Source: an uncultured cyanobacterium (GTDB lineage: Bacteria; Cyanobacteriota; Cyanobacteriia; Phormidesmidales; Phormidesmidaceae). From it: a DNA stretch of 64,000 nt. The notes under the pieces are model-generated. The model was not told the origin of the DNA and did not search any database. It saw only the letters and a list, made by a program, of their open reading frames with translations. Location of the stretch: NCBI GenBank assembly GCA_963772185.1, contig CAVYWR010000025.1, positions 1,162 to 65,161 on the forward strand, given 5' to 3'. This document shows positions 27,902-39,829 of the stretch, piece by piece (within the stretch, counting starts at the first letter, position 1; each line of letters starts with the position of its first letter). The translations under genes were made by a program, and so were the position numbers.

Positions 27902-29194
27902 ATGATCAAGATTCTTCATCTGTCAGATATCCACATGGGCAGTGGGTTTAGTCACGGTCAGATCAATCCGGAAACGGGATTGAATACTCGACTAGAGGAT
28001 TTCACTAGGGCGCTGCGCAGGTGTGTAGATGATGCGATCGCCCAGACAGTAGATCTTGTTCTTTTCGGCGGCGATGCCTTTCCTGACGCCACGCCTCCGC
28101 CCTACATTCAGCAAGCGTTTGCCAAAGAATTCTGTCGCCTAGTCAAGGCAAATATTCCCACTGTTCTACTGGTTGGTAATCATGACCAGCACGCTCAAGG
28201 CGTCGGCGGCGCGAGCCTATGTATCTATCGCACCCTCGGCGTTCCAGGATTCATCGTCGGCGATACGCTAACAACACATCGGATTGAGACTCGCAGCGGA
28301 CCTATTCAGATTGTGACGCTTCCTTGGCTCACCCGTTCTACGCTGCTGACCCGCCCCGAAACGCAGGGGCTCTCAATGGGAGAAGTCGCAGAGCTGCTGC
28401 TAGAAAAGTTGCGAATCGTTCTAGAAGGGGAGATTCGCAAGCTAGATAAAACGGTTCCAACCGTATTGCTAGCGCATGTTATGACCGATACTGCCCGCTA
28501 TGGAGCCGAGAAATTTCTAGCAGTGGGCAAAGGATTCACGGTCCCAATGGCAATTCTAGCTCGCGACTGTTTTGACTACATTGCGCTAGGTCACGTACAT
28601 AGATATCAGGAAGTCAACCAGTCACCGCTAGCGATCTATCCTGGCAGTATTGAGCGAGTAGACTTTAACGAAGAGAAAGAAGAAAAAGGCTATGTGATTG
28701 CACAGGTCAGCAAGGGAGAAACCAAGGCAGAGTTTCGGGCGCTACCCACCCGCGAATTTAAAACCATAGAAGTCGATCTGACTAAGGCAGAAGATCCGCA
28801 GCTAGCCATAATAGAAAAAATAGGGCAAACGGAGATCTCACAAGCGGTCGTTCGAGTGATTTACAAAGCCAGCGCCACTCAGATAGAAGCCATAGACAAC
28901 AACGTGATTGGAAAGTCGCTAGCGGCAGCGCATAGCTATACAATTCAGCCGCAGCTAGCTAGCGAGACAGGCAGGCCCAGACTACCTGAACTAGGCACAG
29001 ACAATACGCTGCTGCCAATGAGCGCTTTGCAAAGCTATCTAAACAATCGAGAAGACTTGAATGCGATCGCCCCCGATATTCTTCAAGCAGCGCAGACACT
29101 CCTAGACCAAGATCCGCACGGCGACAAAACACTAGAGCATGAAGAACTGCTAGTTTCAGACGTAGAAGATACCCAGCAGCTCAGGCTGTTGTAG
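27902..29194 (+). CDS. sbcD: Exonuclease SbcCD subunit D
   Basis: ILHLSDIH, GGDAF, LVGNHD, LAHV, ALGHVH and YPGSIERVDFNE. Confidence 0.95.
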   Translation: MIKILHLSDIHMGSGFSHGQINPETGLNTRLEDFTRALRRCVDDAIAQTVDLVLFGGDAFPDATPPPYIQQAFAKEFCRLVKANIPTVLLVGNHDQHAQGVGGASLCIYRTLGVPGFIVGDTLTTHRIETRSGPIQIVTLPWLTRSTLLTRPETQGLSMGEVAELLLEKLRIVLEGEIRKLDKTVPTVLLAHVMTDTARYGAEKFLAVGKGFTVPMAILARDCFDYIALGHVHRYQEVNQSPLAIYPGSIERVDFNEEKEEKGYVIAQVSKGETKAEFRALPTREFKTIEVDLTKAEDPQLAIIEKIGQTEISQAVVRVIYKASATQIEAIDNNVIGKSLAAAHSYTIQPQLASETGRPRLPELGTDNTLLPMSALQSYLNNREDLNAIAPDILQAAQTLLDQDPHGDKTLEHEELLVSDVEDTQQLRLL

Positions 29195-29217
29195 TGTGAG
29201 CTGTTTATCCCGCCAAG

Positions 29218-29847
29218 CTATCTATTCCGCGAGCTTCCCTTTGCATCTCGCATGGTCATCACCTGCTCCAAACGAGGCAGCGCGCTTTCAGCAGTTTCTC
29301 TTACGTAGCTATCAACCGAATCGTCAGCAATGAGCTCACGCAAAACCTCAAGCGCACGCGGATCGCCAATAGAGCCTAGGGTGTTTGTGATCGTTAGAGC
29401 GATCGCCACATTATCAGTCGTCTTTAGCGCCTCTAACAGCGTATCGACAGCAGGCATTCCTACCTCTCCTAAAGACATCACCGAGGCAATCTGCACCACC
29501 GGATACGGATCGTTCATTGCCAGGCGCAATCCCTCAAGTCCCTCTACAGGAAACGGTTCGTCAGGATGATACACCGCAATTTGCGCCATTGCCTTCGTGC
29601 AGCTAGCCCTTACCGTATCGTTCTCGCTATTGAGCATCTGTTCGACCACTGCTGGTATAGATTCCATGCCAATAGCCCCTAGCGTTTTGACGCAGGCCCG
29701 GCGATAGACCACATCTTCTTCGCCCAATGCCGCCATCAACTTGGGAATCGTCTGCTGGTCGCGACTGTCCACAATCTCTGTCATCGCCCGCTGCCGCATA
29801 GCTGGATTAGGATGTCTGAGCTGATCAAAAACAGAATCGGCAACCAT
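29218..29847 (-). CDS. cpeZ: HEAT-repeat bilin lyase/chaperone, CpeZ-like
   Basis: QLRHPNPAMRQRAM, EDVVYRRACVKTLGAIG and DSYVRETAESALPRLE; directly downstream of cpeA. Confidence 0.8.
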   Translation of the reverse strand: MVADSVFDQLRHPNPAMRQRAMTEIVDSRDQQTIPKLMAALGEEDVVYRRACVKTLGAIGMESIPAVVEQMLNSENDTVRASCTKAMAQIAVYHPDEPFPVEGLEGLRLAMNDPYPVVQIASVMSLGEVGMPAVDTLLEALKTTDNVAIALTITNTLGSIGDPRALEVLRELIADDSVDSYVRETAESALPRLEQVMTMRDAKGSSRNR

Positions 29848-29882
29848 AGCAACAAATCAGAAAAACAGAACAGCATAGAAAA

Positions 29883-29928
29883 AAGACTCTTGGAGATCCT
29901 TATCGCTAAGGCATCAACCAAGAGTCTT
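29883..29928 (-). terminator. Stem-loop/terminator downstream of cpeA
   Basis: AAGACTCTTGG...CCAAGAGTCTT with a T-run following on the minus strand. Confidence 0.7.
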
Positions 29929-30006
29929 CCACTTTAACGTTTCAACGGTCTTTCAACGCTTCTTTAACGCTTTTATCGTCTACAGAAGATCGAATCTATA
30001 GCAGAT

Positions 30007-30519
<513 letters not shown>

Positions 30520-30583
30520 TTAGTTATGTTTGATCGGTCAACAAAGTAAATAAACTCAAAAGCCAATTGCCGTTACCGAGCAA

Positions 30584-31225
<642 letters not shown>

Positions 31226-31240
31226 TTATTAAAAACAAAG

Positions 31241-31256
31241 CAACAATCCGTTACAA
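31241..31256 (-). promoter_or_regulatory. N-box-like direct repeat in the cpeBA promoter
   Basis: Minus strand TTGTAA-cgga-TTGTTG resembles the TTGTTA-N4-TTGTTA N-box of the Fremyella cpeBA promoter; a candidate -10 (TAATCT) lies about 40 nt downstream. Confidence 0.55.
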
Positions 31257-31393
31257 TTTCACGACGATTTGCTTCAATCCCTTCTATGCCAAGAGGTGTA
31301 AGACACCGCAATAAACAAGGTCGCGTTACAATGATGTATCGTTTCTTAGCATTTCGCAATAAGGCAGTTAAGGCAATGGCAGTAATGACCTAA

Positions 31394-32302
31394 TCAAACT
31401 GCCATTGCTGTTGTCACTTCTGCTGCTGATACCACTTCTGCGGGCATCTCTTCTTTAATGAGTTCTAGCACCATCCCTTCTTTGGCGACGATGCTACCCG
31501 GCATGGCAATAGAGGTTTGACGAGCGATATCGTCCATAAAATCATCGGTATGGGATGGATCGTGGTGGAAAATCACCAGCTGCTTGACATTGGCCGCTTT
31601 GGCTAGCTTCACGGCTTCTTGCCAGGTGGAGTGGCCCCAGCCGATTTTACTAGCCTTTTCGTCGTAATACTCGTCATCGGTATAAGTGCAGTCGTAGATC
31701 ATCACGTCTGCGTTGCGAGCCAGGTGCAGAACGTTTTCGTCCAGCTTGCCAGGTAGGTGTTCTGTATCGCTGATATAGGCAGCCGAACGGCCGCGATAGC
31801 TGATCCGATAGCCGATGGCTTCTCCAGGATGATTGAGCAGAGCGTTGCTAACTTCTACATCCCCAATCCTGACCACTTCACCGACCTCTACATCGCAGAA
31901 CTCTAGGGTTGCGCCCATGATCTGTAGTGGGACTGGGAAGTTCGGATGGAGCATTTGGTCGTTTAGGCGCTGTTCGATGGTGGAGCCGTTAGGCGCGATC
32001 GCGCCATGAATTTTGAATCGATTGCCCTGTATAAACGCCGGGACAAAGAAAGGAAACCCCTGAATATGGTCCCAGTGCGAATGGGTGAAAAACATATTGG
32101 CATTAATCGGCATGTGGGCAAGCATCTTTTGCCCTAAGTTGCGTAGCCCTGTGCCCCCATCAAAAATCAGCTGGTGGCCACCGACGTTAATCTCAATACA
32201 AGCTGTGTTTCCGCCATATCGGACCGTATCTTTCCCTGGGGAGGCAACGCTTCCTCTAACGCCCCAAAAGCATATCGAAAACTGATTTTGCTGATCTGAC
32301 AT
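31394..32302 (-). CDS. MBL-fold metallo-hydrolase
   Basis: FWGVRGS, YGGNTAC, THSHWDHIQG, HPG, GWGHST and FHHDP. ATG at 32302 inside track ORF 31394..32335. Confidence 0.92.
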   Translation of the reverse strand: MSDQQNQFSICFWGVRGSVASPGKDTVRYGGNTACIEINVGGHQLIFDGGTGLRNLGQKMLAHMPINANMFFTHSHWDHIQGFPFFVPAFIQGNRFKIHGAIAPNGSTIEQRLNDQMLHPNFPVPLQIMGATLEFCDVEVGEVVRIGDVEVSNALLNHPGEAIGYRISYRGRSAAYISDTEHLPGKLDENVLHLARNADVMIYDCTYTDDEYYDEKASKIGWGHSTWQEAVKLAKAANVKQLVIFHHDPSHTDDFMDDIARQTSIAMPGSIVAKEGMVLELIKEEMPAEVVSAAEVTTAMAV

Positions 32303-32455
32303 GAGCTTTACGCGAAGTGGGTTGAGCGGAATCACGGTCTATTTTTAATAGTTAGCAGCACCCTTCACCTCAATAAAAGGATTCCTTGAATACTTGACTA
32401 AAAAATAAAATTCCTGTTTGCAGAATGCCCAAGCGAAGTTATTACCTTTCGATAT

Positions 32456-32492
32456 CTCTGGTTGGTTTTCCAGAATGCTCTGGTTGGTTTTC
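32456..32492. repeat. 15-bp direct repeat with 22-bp period
   Basis: CTCTGGTTGGTTTTC at 32456-32470 and 32478-32492. Confidence 0.7.
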
Positions 32493-32655
32493 TAAAAAAT
32501 TGTTCAACCCGATGATTAAAACATCACCGGTAGCAACCAGCTATCAGGAAAATATCTAGATTCTTTTGCTTGACAGCTGGCGTGAAAAGGCGTCGAGAAA
32601 AGGGCCGTAAGAAAAGTCAGTGCAAAAAGTAAAAGAAACGGTCAAAAAGAAGCCT

Positions 32656-33552
32656 TTAAGCATCTATATGCTCGAGTCTTGTATTTTTCCACGCTTCAAC
32701 AAATTCCAAAGCCGTATACGCGGTCAGATTGCTCTGAAGGGGCGTAATCGTGATGTGATTTTTCTTGATAGCTTGTACATCTGTCATAAACTGCTGACCA
32801 ACTTCTACAAGCGCCGTGCTTAGCGTGCTAGATGTCTGAGCGCTGCGATCTGAGGCATCTATAGTTGTCTCTACTGTCGGTAGAGGTGGCGGCATTGGAA
32901 TCTCCGCGTCTTCTTCCTCCATCACTTCTCCAGCTAGCCAGTAGTAAGTCTTGCCTCTAGGATCCACGCGCTTTTCGAACTGGTCAAAATATCGCCGTAC
33001 TCCTTGCCGAGTAATTAGGGGCGGCTGAATCTCTGCGGCCTCGACAGGTGGGATATTGACGTTTAGCAGCACAGGCAGTAACAAAGGCTGTTTTTCTAGC
33101 TCTGCAATAAGCTGAACGGCAAAGTTAGCAGCAGGCTGAAAATTTGGGTAGCCGCTGAGCAGGCTGATTGCGATCGCACTCACCCCTTCTAACACACCCT
33201 CCATCGCTGCCGACACCGTCCCCGAATACAGCACGTCCGTCCCTAGATTGGCCCCGTGATTTATCCCTGAGACTAGAAAATCCGGCTTCTCTGGCAAGAT
33301 CGCATCCAGTGCCAGCTTCACACAGTCCGATGGCGTTCCTGAACAGGCCCAGGCCGTCACCTTCGGGGCAAACACACCTTCCGCCTGTTCCACCCGCAGC
33401 GGTTCATGTAGCGTCAACCCATGCCCAGTCGCCGAGCGCTCACGATCGGGGCACACCACCGTGACCTGATGCCCTGCTTTGGCCAGTCCATTCGCTAGCG
33501 CCCTAATTCCCAGAGCGAATACGCCATCATCATTACTTACCAAAATATTCAT
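32656..33552 (-). CDS. surE: 5'/3'-nucleotidase SurE
   Basis: [23 protein letters not shown] and [18 protein letters not shown]; ATG at 33552. Confidence 0.96.
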   Translation of the reverse strand: MNILVSNDDGVFALGIRALANGLAKAGHQVTVVCPDRERSATGHGLTLHEPLRVEQAEGVFAPKVTAWACSGTPSDCVKLALDAILPEKPDFLVSGINHGANLGTDVLYSGTVSAAMEGVLEGVSAIAISLLSGYPNFQPAANFAVQLIAELEKQPLLLPVLLNVNIPPVEAAEIQPPLITRQGVRRYFDQFEKRVDPRGKTYYWLAGEVMEEEDAEIPMPPPLPTVETTIDASDRSAQTSSTLSTALVEVGQQFMTDVQAIKKNHITITPLQSNLTAYTALEFVEAWKNTRLEHIDA

Positions 33553-33676
33553 AGCCACTTCCTCATGAAGGTCCAATAGGCTAGACCTCCCTGGCAGGTT
33601 AACATAGACTAATTTGCACAATTGGCGAGCTTACTGGCTCGCTTACTCGTGTTTGATTATCCCGACTGGAGTAGCC

Positions 33677-34681
33677 GTGAGCGCCACCACCTCAACCGAA
33701 ATCGAGTCTCAGCTCAACACCGTTCAAGCAAGTGCCCTAGCAGATATCACTGCCGCAGACACTCTAGAAGAGTTAGAAACGGCTCGTGTCAAATACTTAG
33801 GGAAAAAAGGCGCACTTTCTAAGGTGCTAGGCGGCATGGGCAAGCTTTCCGCAGAAGAGCGGCCCAAGGTTGGCGCAATGGCAAACCAGGCAAAAACCGC
33901 CTTGCAATCGGCCATTGAGCAGCGCAAGTCAGATCTGCAAACTGCCGAAATTCAGGCGCAGTTAGCTGCCGAAACCCTAGATGTGACGATGCCAGCTGTC
34001 TACGCACCGCAGGGCCGAGTGCATCCGATCAACAGCATCATTGACCAGATTACCGATATCTTTGTCGGCTTAGGCTATACCGTTGCCCAAAGCCAAGAGA
34101 TCGAAAGCGACTACTACAACTTTGAAGCGCTGAACTTTCTACCCGATCACCCTGCTCGCGATATGCAAGATACTTTGTATTTACCGGGTGGTCAGCTGAT
34201 GCGAACGCACACGTCTAATACGCAAATTCGCTACATGGAAAACAACCAGCCACCGATGCGGGTGCTGGCCTCCGGGCGCTGCTATCGTCGCGATACTGTG
34301 GATGCGACGCACTCAGCAGTCTTTCATCAGATTGAATTCTTTGCAGTAGATAAAGACATTACTTTTACCGATCTGCGCGGTACGGTTCAACTATTTCTAG
34401 AGGCGCTATTTGGTGATATCGAAGTGCGCTTTCGGCCTAGCTATTTTCCGTTTACTGAACCGTCTGCGGAGGTCGACGTTCGCTGGCAAGGCCAATGGCT
34501 AGAAGTGATGGGCTGCGGCATGATTGATCCGAACGTACTCAAAGCAGTTGGCTGCGACCCTGAAGTCTACTCCGGGTTCGCAGCGGGTCTAGGCGTAGAG
34601 CGTCTGGCAATGGTACAGAGTAAAATTGACGACATCAGGCGTCTGTACAAAAGCGACTTGAGATTCTTACGACAGTTTTAA
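33677..34681 (+). CDS. pheS: Phenylalanine--tRNA ligase alpha subunit
   Basis: [34 protein letters not shown] and GLGVERLAM; probable GTG start at 33677. Confidence 0.97.
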   Translation: MSATTSTEIESQLNTVQASALADITAADTLEELETARVKYLGKKGALSKVLGGMGKLSAEERPKVGAMANQAKTALQSAIEQRKSDLQTAEIQAQLAAETLDVTMPAVYAPQGRVHPINSIIDQITDIFVGLGYTVAQSQEIESDYYNFEALNFLPDHPARDMQDTLYLPGGQLMRTHTSNTQIRYMENNQPPMRVLASGRCYRRDTVDATHSAVFHQIEFFAVDKDITFTDLRGTVQLFLEALFGDIEVRFRPSYFPFTEPSAEVDVRWQGQWLEVMGCGMIDPNVLKAVGCDPEVYSGFAAGLGVERLAMVQSKIDDIRRLYKSDLRFLRQF

Positions 34682-34706
34682 AGAGCCTGTTTTGTAGCGC
34701 TAGAAC

Positions 34707-34922
34707 CTATGCAGTCTTTGGGCTGTAGATCTTGGCAGGAATACGAACGACATTGGGATGCGTTTGATTCGCGACGGGCGCTGTCCTTTTGGGTGCATGG
34801 GGAAGGTTTAGCTCGCTAAGCTGTGGGGGAACTAGCTCGCTGAGCAGTAGATCGGCAGGTTCCTCACCTTCAGCCGCATAGTCGATAAAGTGATTCAGCA
34901 CTGGAAGTGTGTCTGTAGTCAT
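34707..34922 (-). CDS. Small hypothetical protein (71 aa)
   Basis: ATG ORF convergent with pheS, preceded by a near-match to the ECF-type motif. Confidence 0.55.
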   Translation of the reverse strand: MTTDTLPVLNHFIDYAAEGEEPADLLLSELVPPQLSELNLPHAPKRTAPVANQTHPNVVRIPAKIYSPKTA

Positions 34923-35024
34923 GGGAATTTCTAGTAACGTTGATCGCCCTAGGCTTGTGCTTAGGTGGGCGTATATTCATCGTTCCCGACAGGTATTCCG
35001 CGTATCTGAGTAATTGCATGGATA

Positions 35025-35050
35025 TACGCGGAATTATCAGGGCTCGATGC
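35025..35050 (-). promoter_or_regulatory. Near-match to the ECF motif (GCATCG-N16-CGTA) overlapping an 11-bp inverted repeat
   Basis: Minus strand reads GCATCG agccctgataattccg CGTA; IR ATTCCGCGTAT (34995-35005) / ATACGCGGAAT (35024-35034). Confidence 0.4.
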
Positions 35051-35073
35051 TCTACAGCGCCGATATGTCAGTG

Positions 35074-35301
35074 TTATTCCCAGTCGAAGTGAGTGTGAAT
35101 CCACTGCTTGGCTCCGGCGATCGCACGTTCCCGACTATCTGCTCTAGGTACAGCAACAGCGCTCCCGGTGTCATAGGTCACCCAGGCCGAATAGATCTGT
35201 CGATCGTGATACACAGAAGTCGTCACCTCGATTTTCATCTCTCGATAGGTGAACGCCCAAACAACAGCCGGATAGTCGGGCGTGGCGATGTGCTCATGCA
35301 T
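35074..35301 (-). CDS. Hypothetical protein (75 aa), probably translationally coupled to msrP
   Basis: MHEHIATPDYPAVVWAFTYREMKIEV...YSAWVTYDTGSAVAVP; ATG overlaps the msrP stop (ATGCATGA). Confidence 0.7.
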   Translation of the reverse strand: MHEHIATPDYPAVVWAFTYREMKIEVTTSVYHDRQIYSAWVTYDTGSAVAVPRADSRERAIAGAKQWIHTHFDWE

Positions 35302-36325
35302 ACTGGGTGCCTTGTCTAGAAGTATATAAATCAGCAACATACTCACCGTAACCGTTGTACAAGAGCGTAGGCTGCTTTTGCCAGTCCCAGTCGCTGCCTT
35401 CACCCATTAAGCGCTCTTGCGCCTGAGACCATCTAGGATGAGAAATCTGCGGATTTACATTCGCCTCAAACCCGTATTCGTTGGGTGATATTACATTCCA
35501 ATAGGTCTCGGGCTGCCGGGCAACGAACTCTATCTTGACAATAGATTTTGCCCCCTTGAATCCATATTTCCAGGGCACAACCATCCGAACCGGCGCGCCG
35601 TGCTGCTTTGGCAGCGTCCGCCCATACACACCAACTGCGAAGAACGCCAGCTCATTCGCCATCTCCTCAATCCGCAACCCCTCTTGGTATGGCCAAGGCA
35701 GGCTAGAAAACGAAACGCCAGGCCCTGGCATAACGCTTTGATCGTAATAGGACTCAAAGCGAACAAACTTAGCCTCAGGCTTCGGATCTACCGCTTCAAT
35801 CAGCTTCTTCATCGGAAAACCTAGCCAGGGAACGACCATCGCCCAAGCTTCAACGCAGCGGAATCGATAGATTCTCTCCTCCAAATCGAAGGTACTAAGC
35901 AGATCGTCGGCGTCGTAGGTTTTGGGCTGGTTGACTAGGCCATCGACAGTCAGCTTCCAGTCTTCGGAAGGCAGCGCTTGAGCCTTGCGCCAGATGTTTT
36001 TGGTACCGCCGAACTCGTAGAAGTTGTTAAATCGGCTGGCGTACTGCTGCACTGTAGTAGGGCTCTCTGGCAGCGGCCCAAAGTTGGGATGGGCACGAAA
36101 GCCGGAAAGCTGGCGTCCTAAGGTCGCTTCAAATTCGGCACGGTTATCTTCTGACAGCGGAGGACGGCAGCTGTTGAGGGCTACTGCACTGCCAATCCCA
36201 ATTCCTGCTCCCATTGTCGTCTTAAGGAACTGTCTCCTAGAGCGCTTACGGTTAAAGAAAACAGTTTCAGCTGTAGCCTGATGCTCCTTAAGCTGCCAAC
36301 TAGGACGAATGCGAGGAAAGATCAT
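35294..36325 (-). CDS. msrP: Protein-methionine-sulfoxide reductase catalytic subunit MsrP (YedY)
   Basis: Tat motif SRRQFLK, NNFYEFG, ERIYRFRCVEAW, QHGAPVRMVVPWKYGFKGAKSI and HPRWSQA. Confidence 0.95.
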   Translation of the reverse strand: MIFPRIRPSWQLKEHQATAETVFFNRKRSRRQFLKTTMGAGIGIGSAVALNSCRPPLSEDNRAEFEATLGRQLSGFRAHPNFGPLPESPTTVQQYASRFNNFYEFGGTKNIWRKAQALPSEDWKLTVDGLVNQPKTYDADDLLSTFDLEERIYRFRCVEAWAMVVPWLGFPMKKLIEAVDPKPEAKFVRFESYYDQSVMPGPGVSFSSLPWPYQEGLRIEEMANELAFFAVGVYGRTLPKQHGAPVRMVVPWKYGFKGAKSIVKIEFVARQPETYWNVISPNEYGFEANVNPQISHPRWSQAQERLMGEGSDWDWQKQPTLLYNGYGEYVADLYTSRQGTQYA

Positions 36326-36463
36326 TATTTTCAGATTGTGAGAGTGATGACGAGTTCAACTCCCACCATATATATATTGCTTCCTCTCAAATTCTGACAT
36401 TCTGCTGAGAAAACTAGCAGATACTGTTAATAGATCTCGAAATTTGCAGAAAAATGGATACAG

Positions 36464-37375
36464 ATGACTGAGCTGGGTGCTACAGACCAAGAAAAAACAG
36501 ACTCCCTCAACTTTCGGATAGGCTGCGCAGTTTGGGCGTTTAAAGATTGGGTCGGCAGCTTCTATCCAGCCAGAAGTCAGCCAACTAATTTCTTGAAGCT
36601 CTACGGTGAACGAATGTCGGCAGTAGAGGGGAACACCACGTTTTATTCAGTGCCGTCACCGGAGATGGTTCAGCGTTGGGCAGCGAATACACCACCGGAC
36701 TTTCGCTTTTGCCCTAAGCTACCTCGGGCGATCACACACGAAGGCCCACTGATGGCTCATCTACCGGCAGCGCTATCTTTCTTGTCGCTAATGCAGCAGG
36801 GGTTGGGCGATCGCCTAGGTCCGATCATGATTCAACTACCGCCAAGCTACAGCCCCGCTGCGCTAGAAGATCTGAAGAATTTCCTTCAAGCTTGGCCTAC
36901 GGCGAGTGCACCAGTTGCTGTAGAGGTTCGACATCTAGATTGGTTTCGCTCCCCTTCAGCGGCGCAGTTAAAAGAACTACTCGCCCGCTTAACTGTAGGA
37001 CAAGTCTTGCTAGATAGCCGAATGATGTACGCCCACGAAGACGATGGCGATGTCGATCCGCAGCTACATTCCAATCGACGCAAGCCACAGGTTCCTCTAC
37101 AGCCGCAGGTAACAGCCGACTTCGCGATTGTGCGCTACATCAGCCACCCACGAATACTGCGCAATCAAGACTACCTAAGCGAGTGGACGGGCTGGATTAA
37201 TAAATGGCTGGGCGCAGGCAAACAGGTTTACTTTTTCGTGCACTGCCCAATGGAGGTAAAGTCGCCTCAGGTAGCTCAGCACTTTCAGACGATGCTAGAG
37301 GATTCGGGCGTACAGGTACCCCCTTTGCCTTGGATGCATTTGAAGCGGCCATCGGAGCAGTTGAGCCTGTTTTGA
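36464..37375 (+). CDS. DUF72 domain-containing protein
   Basis: IGCAVW, VEGNTTFY, PKLPRAITH, QLPPS and AVEVRH. Confidence 0.92.
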   Translation: MTELGATDQEKTDSLNFRIGCAVWAFKDWVGSFYPARSQPTNFLKLYGERMSAVEGNTTFYSVPSPEMVQRWAANTPPDFRFCPKLPRAITHEGPLMAHLPAALSFLSLMQQGLGDRLGPIMIQLPPSYSPAALEDLKNFLQAWPTASAPVAVEVRHLDWFRSPSAAQLKELLARLTVGQVLLDSRMMYAHEDDGDVDPQLHSNRRKPQVPLQPQVTADFAIVRYISHPRILRNQDYLSEWTGWINKWLGAGKQVYFFVHCPMEVKSPQVAQHFQTMLEDSGVQVPPLPWMHLKRPSEQLSLF

Positions 37376-37414
37376 GGTGTTTACTTAAGTTATTTGGCTG
37401 ATTGCACCTTTTGA

Positions 37415-38527
37415 TCAGGACTGCCTTTTCAGCCGTTGAATTGCCAGCTCAATGGCTAAATTCAGAGCAGCTTCTGTGCTTTGGGGTCTGGCTATTCCTT
37501 TGCCTGCGATGTTAAAGGCCGTGCCGTGGTCTGGAGAGGTGCGAATAAATGGCAGGCCGATAGTCGTATTGACCGCTAAATCAAAGGCGAGCAGTTTGAC
37601 TGGAATCAGCCCTTGATCGTGGTAGAGCGCTAGATAGCCATCATGGGCATGGGCCTGAGTAGTCGCTTGACTGTGCCAAGCCTGCCCTGGCGAGACCCAC
37701 ATCGTATCTGGAGGGATAGGACCGTCTAGCCGAATATGAGGAAATCGTTGCTGCTGCTGAGCTAGCCAGGGAATCAGCCAGTCTTGCTCTTCTCGGCCTA
37801 GCTGTCCTTGTTCGCCGCTGTGCGGGTTTAATCCCGCGATCGCAATCCTAGCCTCACTCAGGCCGAAGTCCCTTTGCAAGCACTCAATCAGCAGCTCTAG
37901 CTTTAGGGTCATCAGCTCAGGCGTCAGCACCTGCGGGACATCTTTTAATGGAATGTGTGTGGTTGCTAGCAGTGTTCTTAACCACCAGCCGTTTTGAGGC
38001 GACTTGGCCACGAACAACATGCCGAAGCGAGAGGTGTGCGACATCTCAGCGAGTAGTTCGGTCTGACCAGGGTAAGCATGACCCGCCGCAAGCCAGGCTG
38101 ATTTGGCAATCGGAGCGGTGACAATGCCATCGAATTCTCCTTTTAGGGTGCGAGCGATCGCCTGTTCCAAAGTCCGAAAGCTTACCTCTCCGCTGCTGCT
38201 GCTTTCGATGCCGGGAACAACCTTCGATGCGATCGCCTGCGAAATACCGATGTCAATAAAATCCAGACTTTCCAGCGCTACCAAATTAGGGTAAGAGGCA
38301 GCTTCTAGCTGGGCATAGGTATTTTGTAAGAGAGTGCGATCGCCCACTACAGAAATATTCGCCTGCTCTGAGAACACAGGGTTACTTAGCGCCTTCAGCA
38401 CGACCTCTGGACCAATTCCAGCGGGATCTCCCAAAGTCATTAATAAACGCGGTTTTGCTATGGTTTCTGCGCCATTAGCGCCTAGCGAAGCGGGCGTTGC
38501 CAATACAGATGTCATAAGGGGTTCCAA
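37415..38527 (-). CDS. pdxA: 4-hydroxythreonine-4-phosphate dehydrogenase
   Basis: [43 protein letters not shown] and [10 protein letters not shown]; start may be the second Met. Confidence 0.96.
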   Translation of the reverse strand: MEPLMTSVLATPASLGANGAETIAKPRLLMTLGDPAGIGPEVVLKALSNPVFSEQANISVVGDRTLLQNTYAQLEAASYPNLVALESLDFIDIGISQAIASKVVPGIESSSSGEVSFRTLEQAIARTLKGEFDGIVTAPIAKSAWLAAGHAYPGQTELLAEMSHTSRFGMLFVAKSPQNGWWLRTLLATTHIPLKDVPQVLTPELMTLKLELLIECLQRDFGLSEARIAIAGLNPHSGEQGQLGREEQDWLIPWLAQQQQRFPHIRLDGPIPPDTMWVSPGQAWHSQATTQAHAHDGYLALYHDQGLIPVKLLAFDLAVNTTIGLPFIRTSPDHGTAFNIAGKGIARPQSTEAALNLAIELAIQRLKRQS

Positions 38528-38579
38528 AACGCTCTAAAATGGGGCAGATATTCACTATAAAACAGGAGATAGTTGGCAC

Positions 38580-38684
38580 ATGGGTGGCGAAATTTTTTCT
38601 ACAGCGGTGTTAGTGTTCGGCATGATTTTAGTCGGTCTTAGCGTAGGCTTTTTGATGCTCAAAGTTCAGGGCGGTGAAGAATAG
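38580..38684 (+). CDS. petM: Cytochrome b6f subunit PetM
   Basis: Manual translation MGGEIFSTAVLVFGMILVGLSVGFLMLKVQGGEE; AGGAG RBS; conserved pdxA/petM/ycf39 context. Confidence 0.93.
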   Translation: MGGEIFSTAVLVFGMILVGLSVGFLMLKVQGGEE

Positions 38685-38866
38685 CCCACCGATATAAAAG
38701 TAGATGGCAGCATAAAAATAGCCTCGTACTAGCAGAACCGAGAAAGCGATTCAATCAGGACTGATTAAACAAGACTGCTTCGTGATTGATTCAGTCCTGA
38801 GATATTTGTGTCGGCGACGACTTCTGCTAGACTGAGAAGCATATTAAGTTTTGTTTACCTTAACTC

Positions 38867-39829
38867 ATGGTCTTATTAGTCGTTGGCGCAACTGGCACTT
38901 TAGGCAGGCAAATCGTTCGCCGGGCTTTGGATGAAGGCTATGAAGTTAAGTGCTTAGTTAGGAATTTTCAGAAAGCAAGTTTTCTTAGAGAGTGGGGCGC
39001 TCAGCTAGTCAAAGCAGATTTGACCGGACCGGGTAGCTTGCCCCCTTGCTTTGAAAATGTTGACGCTGTAATCGATGCTGCGACCTCTCGCCCTGCTGAG
39101 AAAGAAGGTATATACGATGTGGACTGGCACGGCAAGGTAGCACTAATAAAAGCAGCCAAAGCAGCCGGAGTAAAGCGCTTCATCTTCTTTTCTATTCTAG
39201 GCGCAGGCGAATATCCCGAAGTCCCACTAATGGAAATCAAGGACTGTGTCGAAGCCTTCCTGAGAGAATCCGGTCTGAACTACACCATCTTTAGACCTTG
39301 TGGCTTTATGCAGGGCCTAGTCGGGCAGTATGCCATTCCTATTCTAGAGAGGCAGTCTGTATGGGTGATGGGCGAAGCAGGCTCCATTGCCTACATGAAC
39401 AGCCAAGACATTGCAAAGTTTGCGGTAAAAGCACTCAAGCTGCCGGCCGCTGAGAACGAAACCTTCGCCCTAGCCGGGACAAGAGCCTGGGGCGCATACG
39501 AAATCATTCGACTGTGTGAGCGACTCTCTGAGCAAAACGCTAACGTCTCTAACATGCCACCCGCTCTGCTCAGAGGCGCTAGAAATGTAGCAGCCTTCTT
39601 CCAATGGACATGGGATTTGGCTGATCGGCTGGCCTTTACGGAGGTTAGCGCTAGCGGCAACACAATGGACGCGCCGATGGCAGAAGTATACGAAACCTTC
39701 GGCATTGATAAAAGCGAGATCACAACGCTAGAAGACTACTTGCAAGAGTACTTCACTCGCATCATGAAAAAGCTTAAGGAGCTGGACTTTGAGAGCGGTC
39801 GCGATGCCAAGAAAAAGGTTCCATTCTAG
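38867..39829 (+). CDS. ycf39: Ycf39-like atypical SDR (PSII assembly)
   Basis: LVVGATGTLGRQIVRRALDEG, FLREWGA, PLMEIK and LIGQYAIPILE-like motif; follows petM. Confidence 0.9.
   Translation: MVLLVVGATGTLGRQIVRRALDEGYEVKCLVRNFQKASFLREWGAQLVKADLTGPGSLPPCFENVDAVIDAATSRPAEKEGIYDVDWHGKVALIKAAKAAGVKRFIFFSILGAGEYPEVPLMEIKDCVEAFLRESGLNYTIFRPCGFMQGLVGQYAIPILERQSVWVMGEAGSIAYMNSQDIAKFAVKALKLPAAENETFALAGTRAWGAYEIIRLCERLSEQNANVSNMPPALLRGARNVAAFFQWTWDLADRLAFTEVSASGNTMDAPMAEVYETFGIDKSEITTLEDYLQEYFTRIMKKLKELDFESGRDAKKKVPF

Noticed and set aside
14434-29194. Two helicases plus sbcD as a defence or repair island
   Set aside because: They are dispersed, differently oriented and separated by unrelated genes; no evidence of a unit.
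32309-32334. TGATTC-N16-CGTA just before the MBL hydrolase start as a fourth ECF promoter
   Set aside because: Three mismatches in the -35 hexamer; could easily be chance.
38755-38800. Imperfect inverted repeat TCAGGACTGA...TCAGTCCTGA between petM and ycf39
   Set aside because: Probably an ordinary mRNA stem-loop; single copy with no further support.
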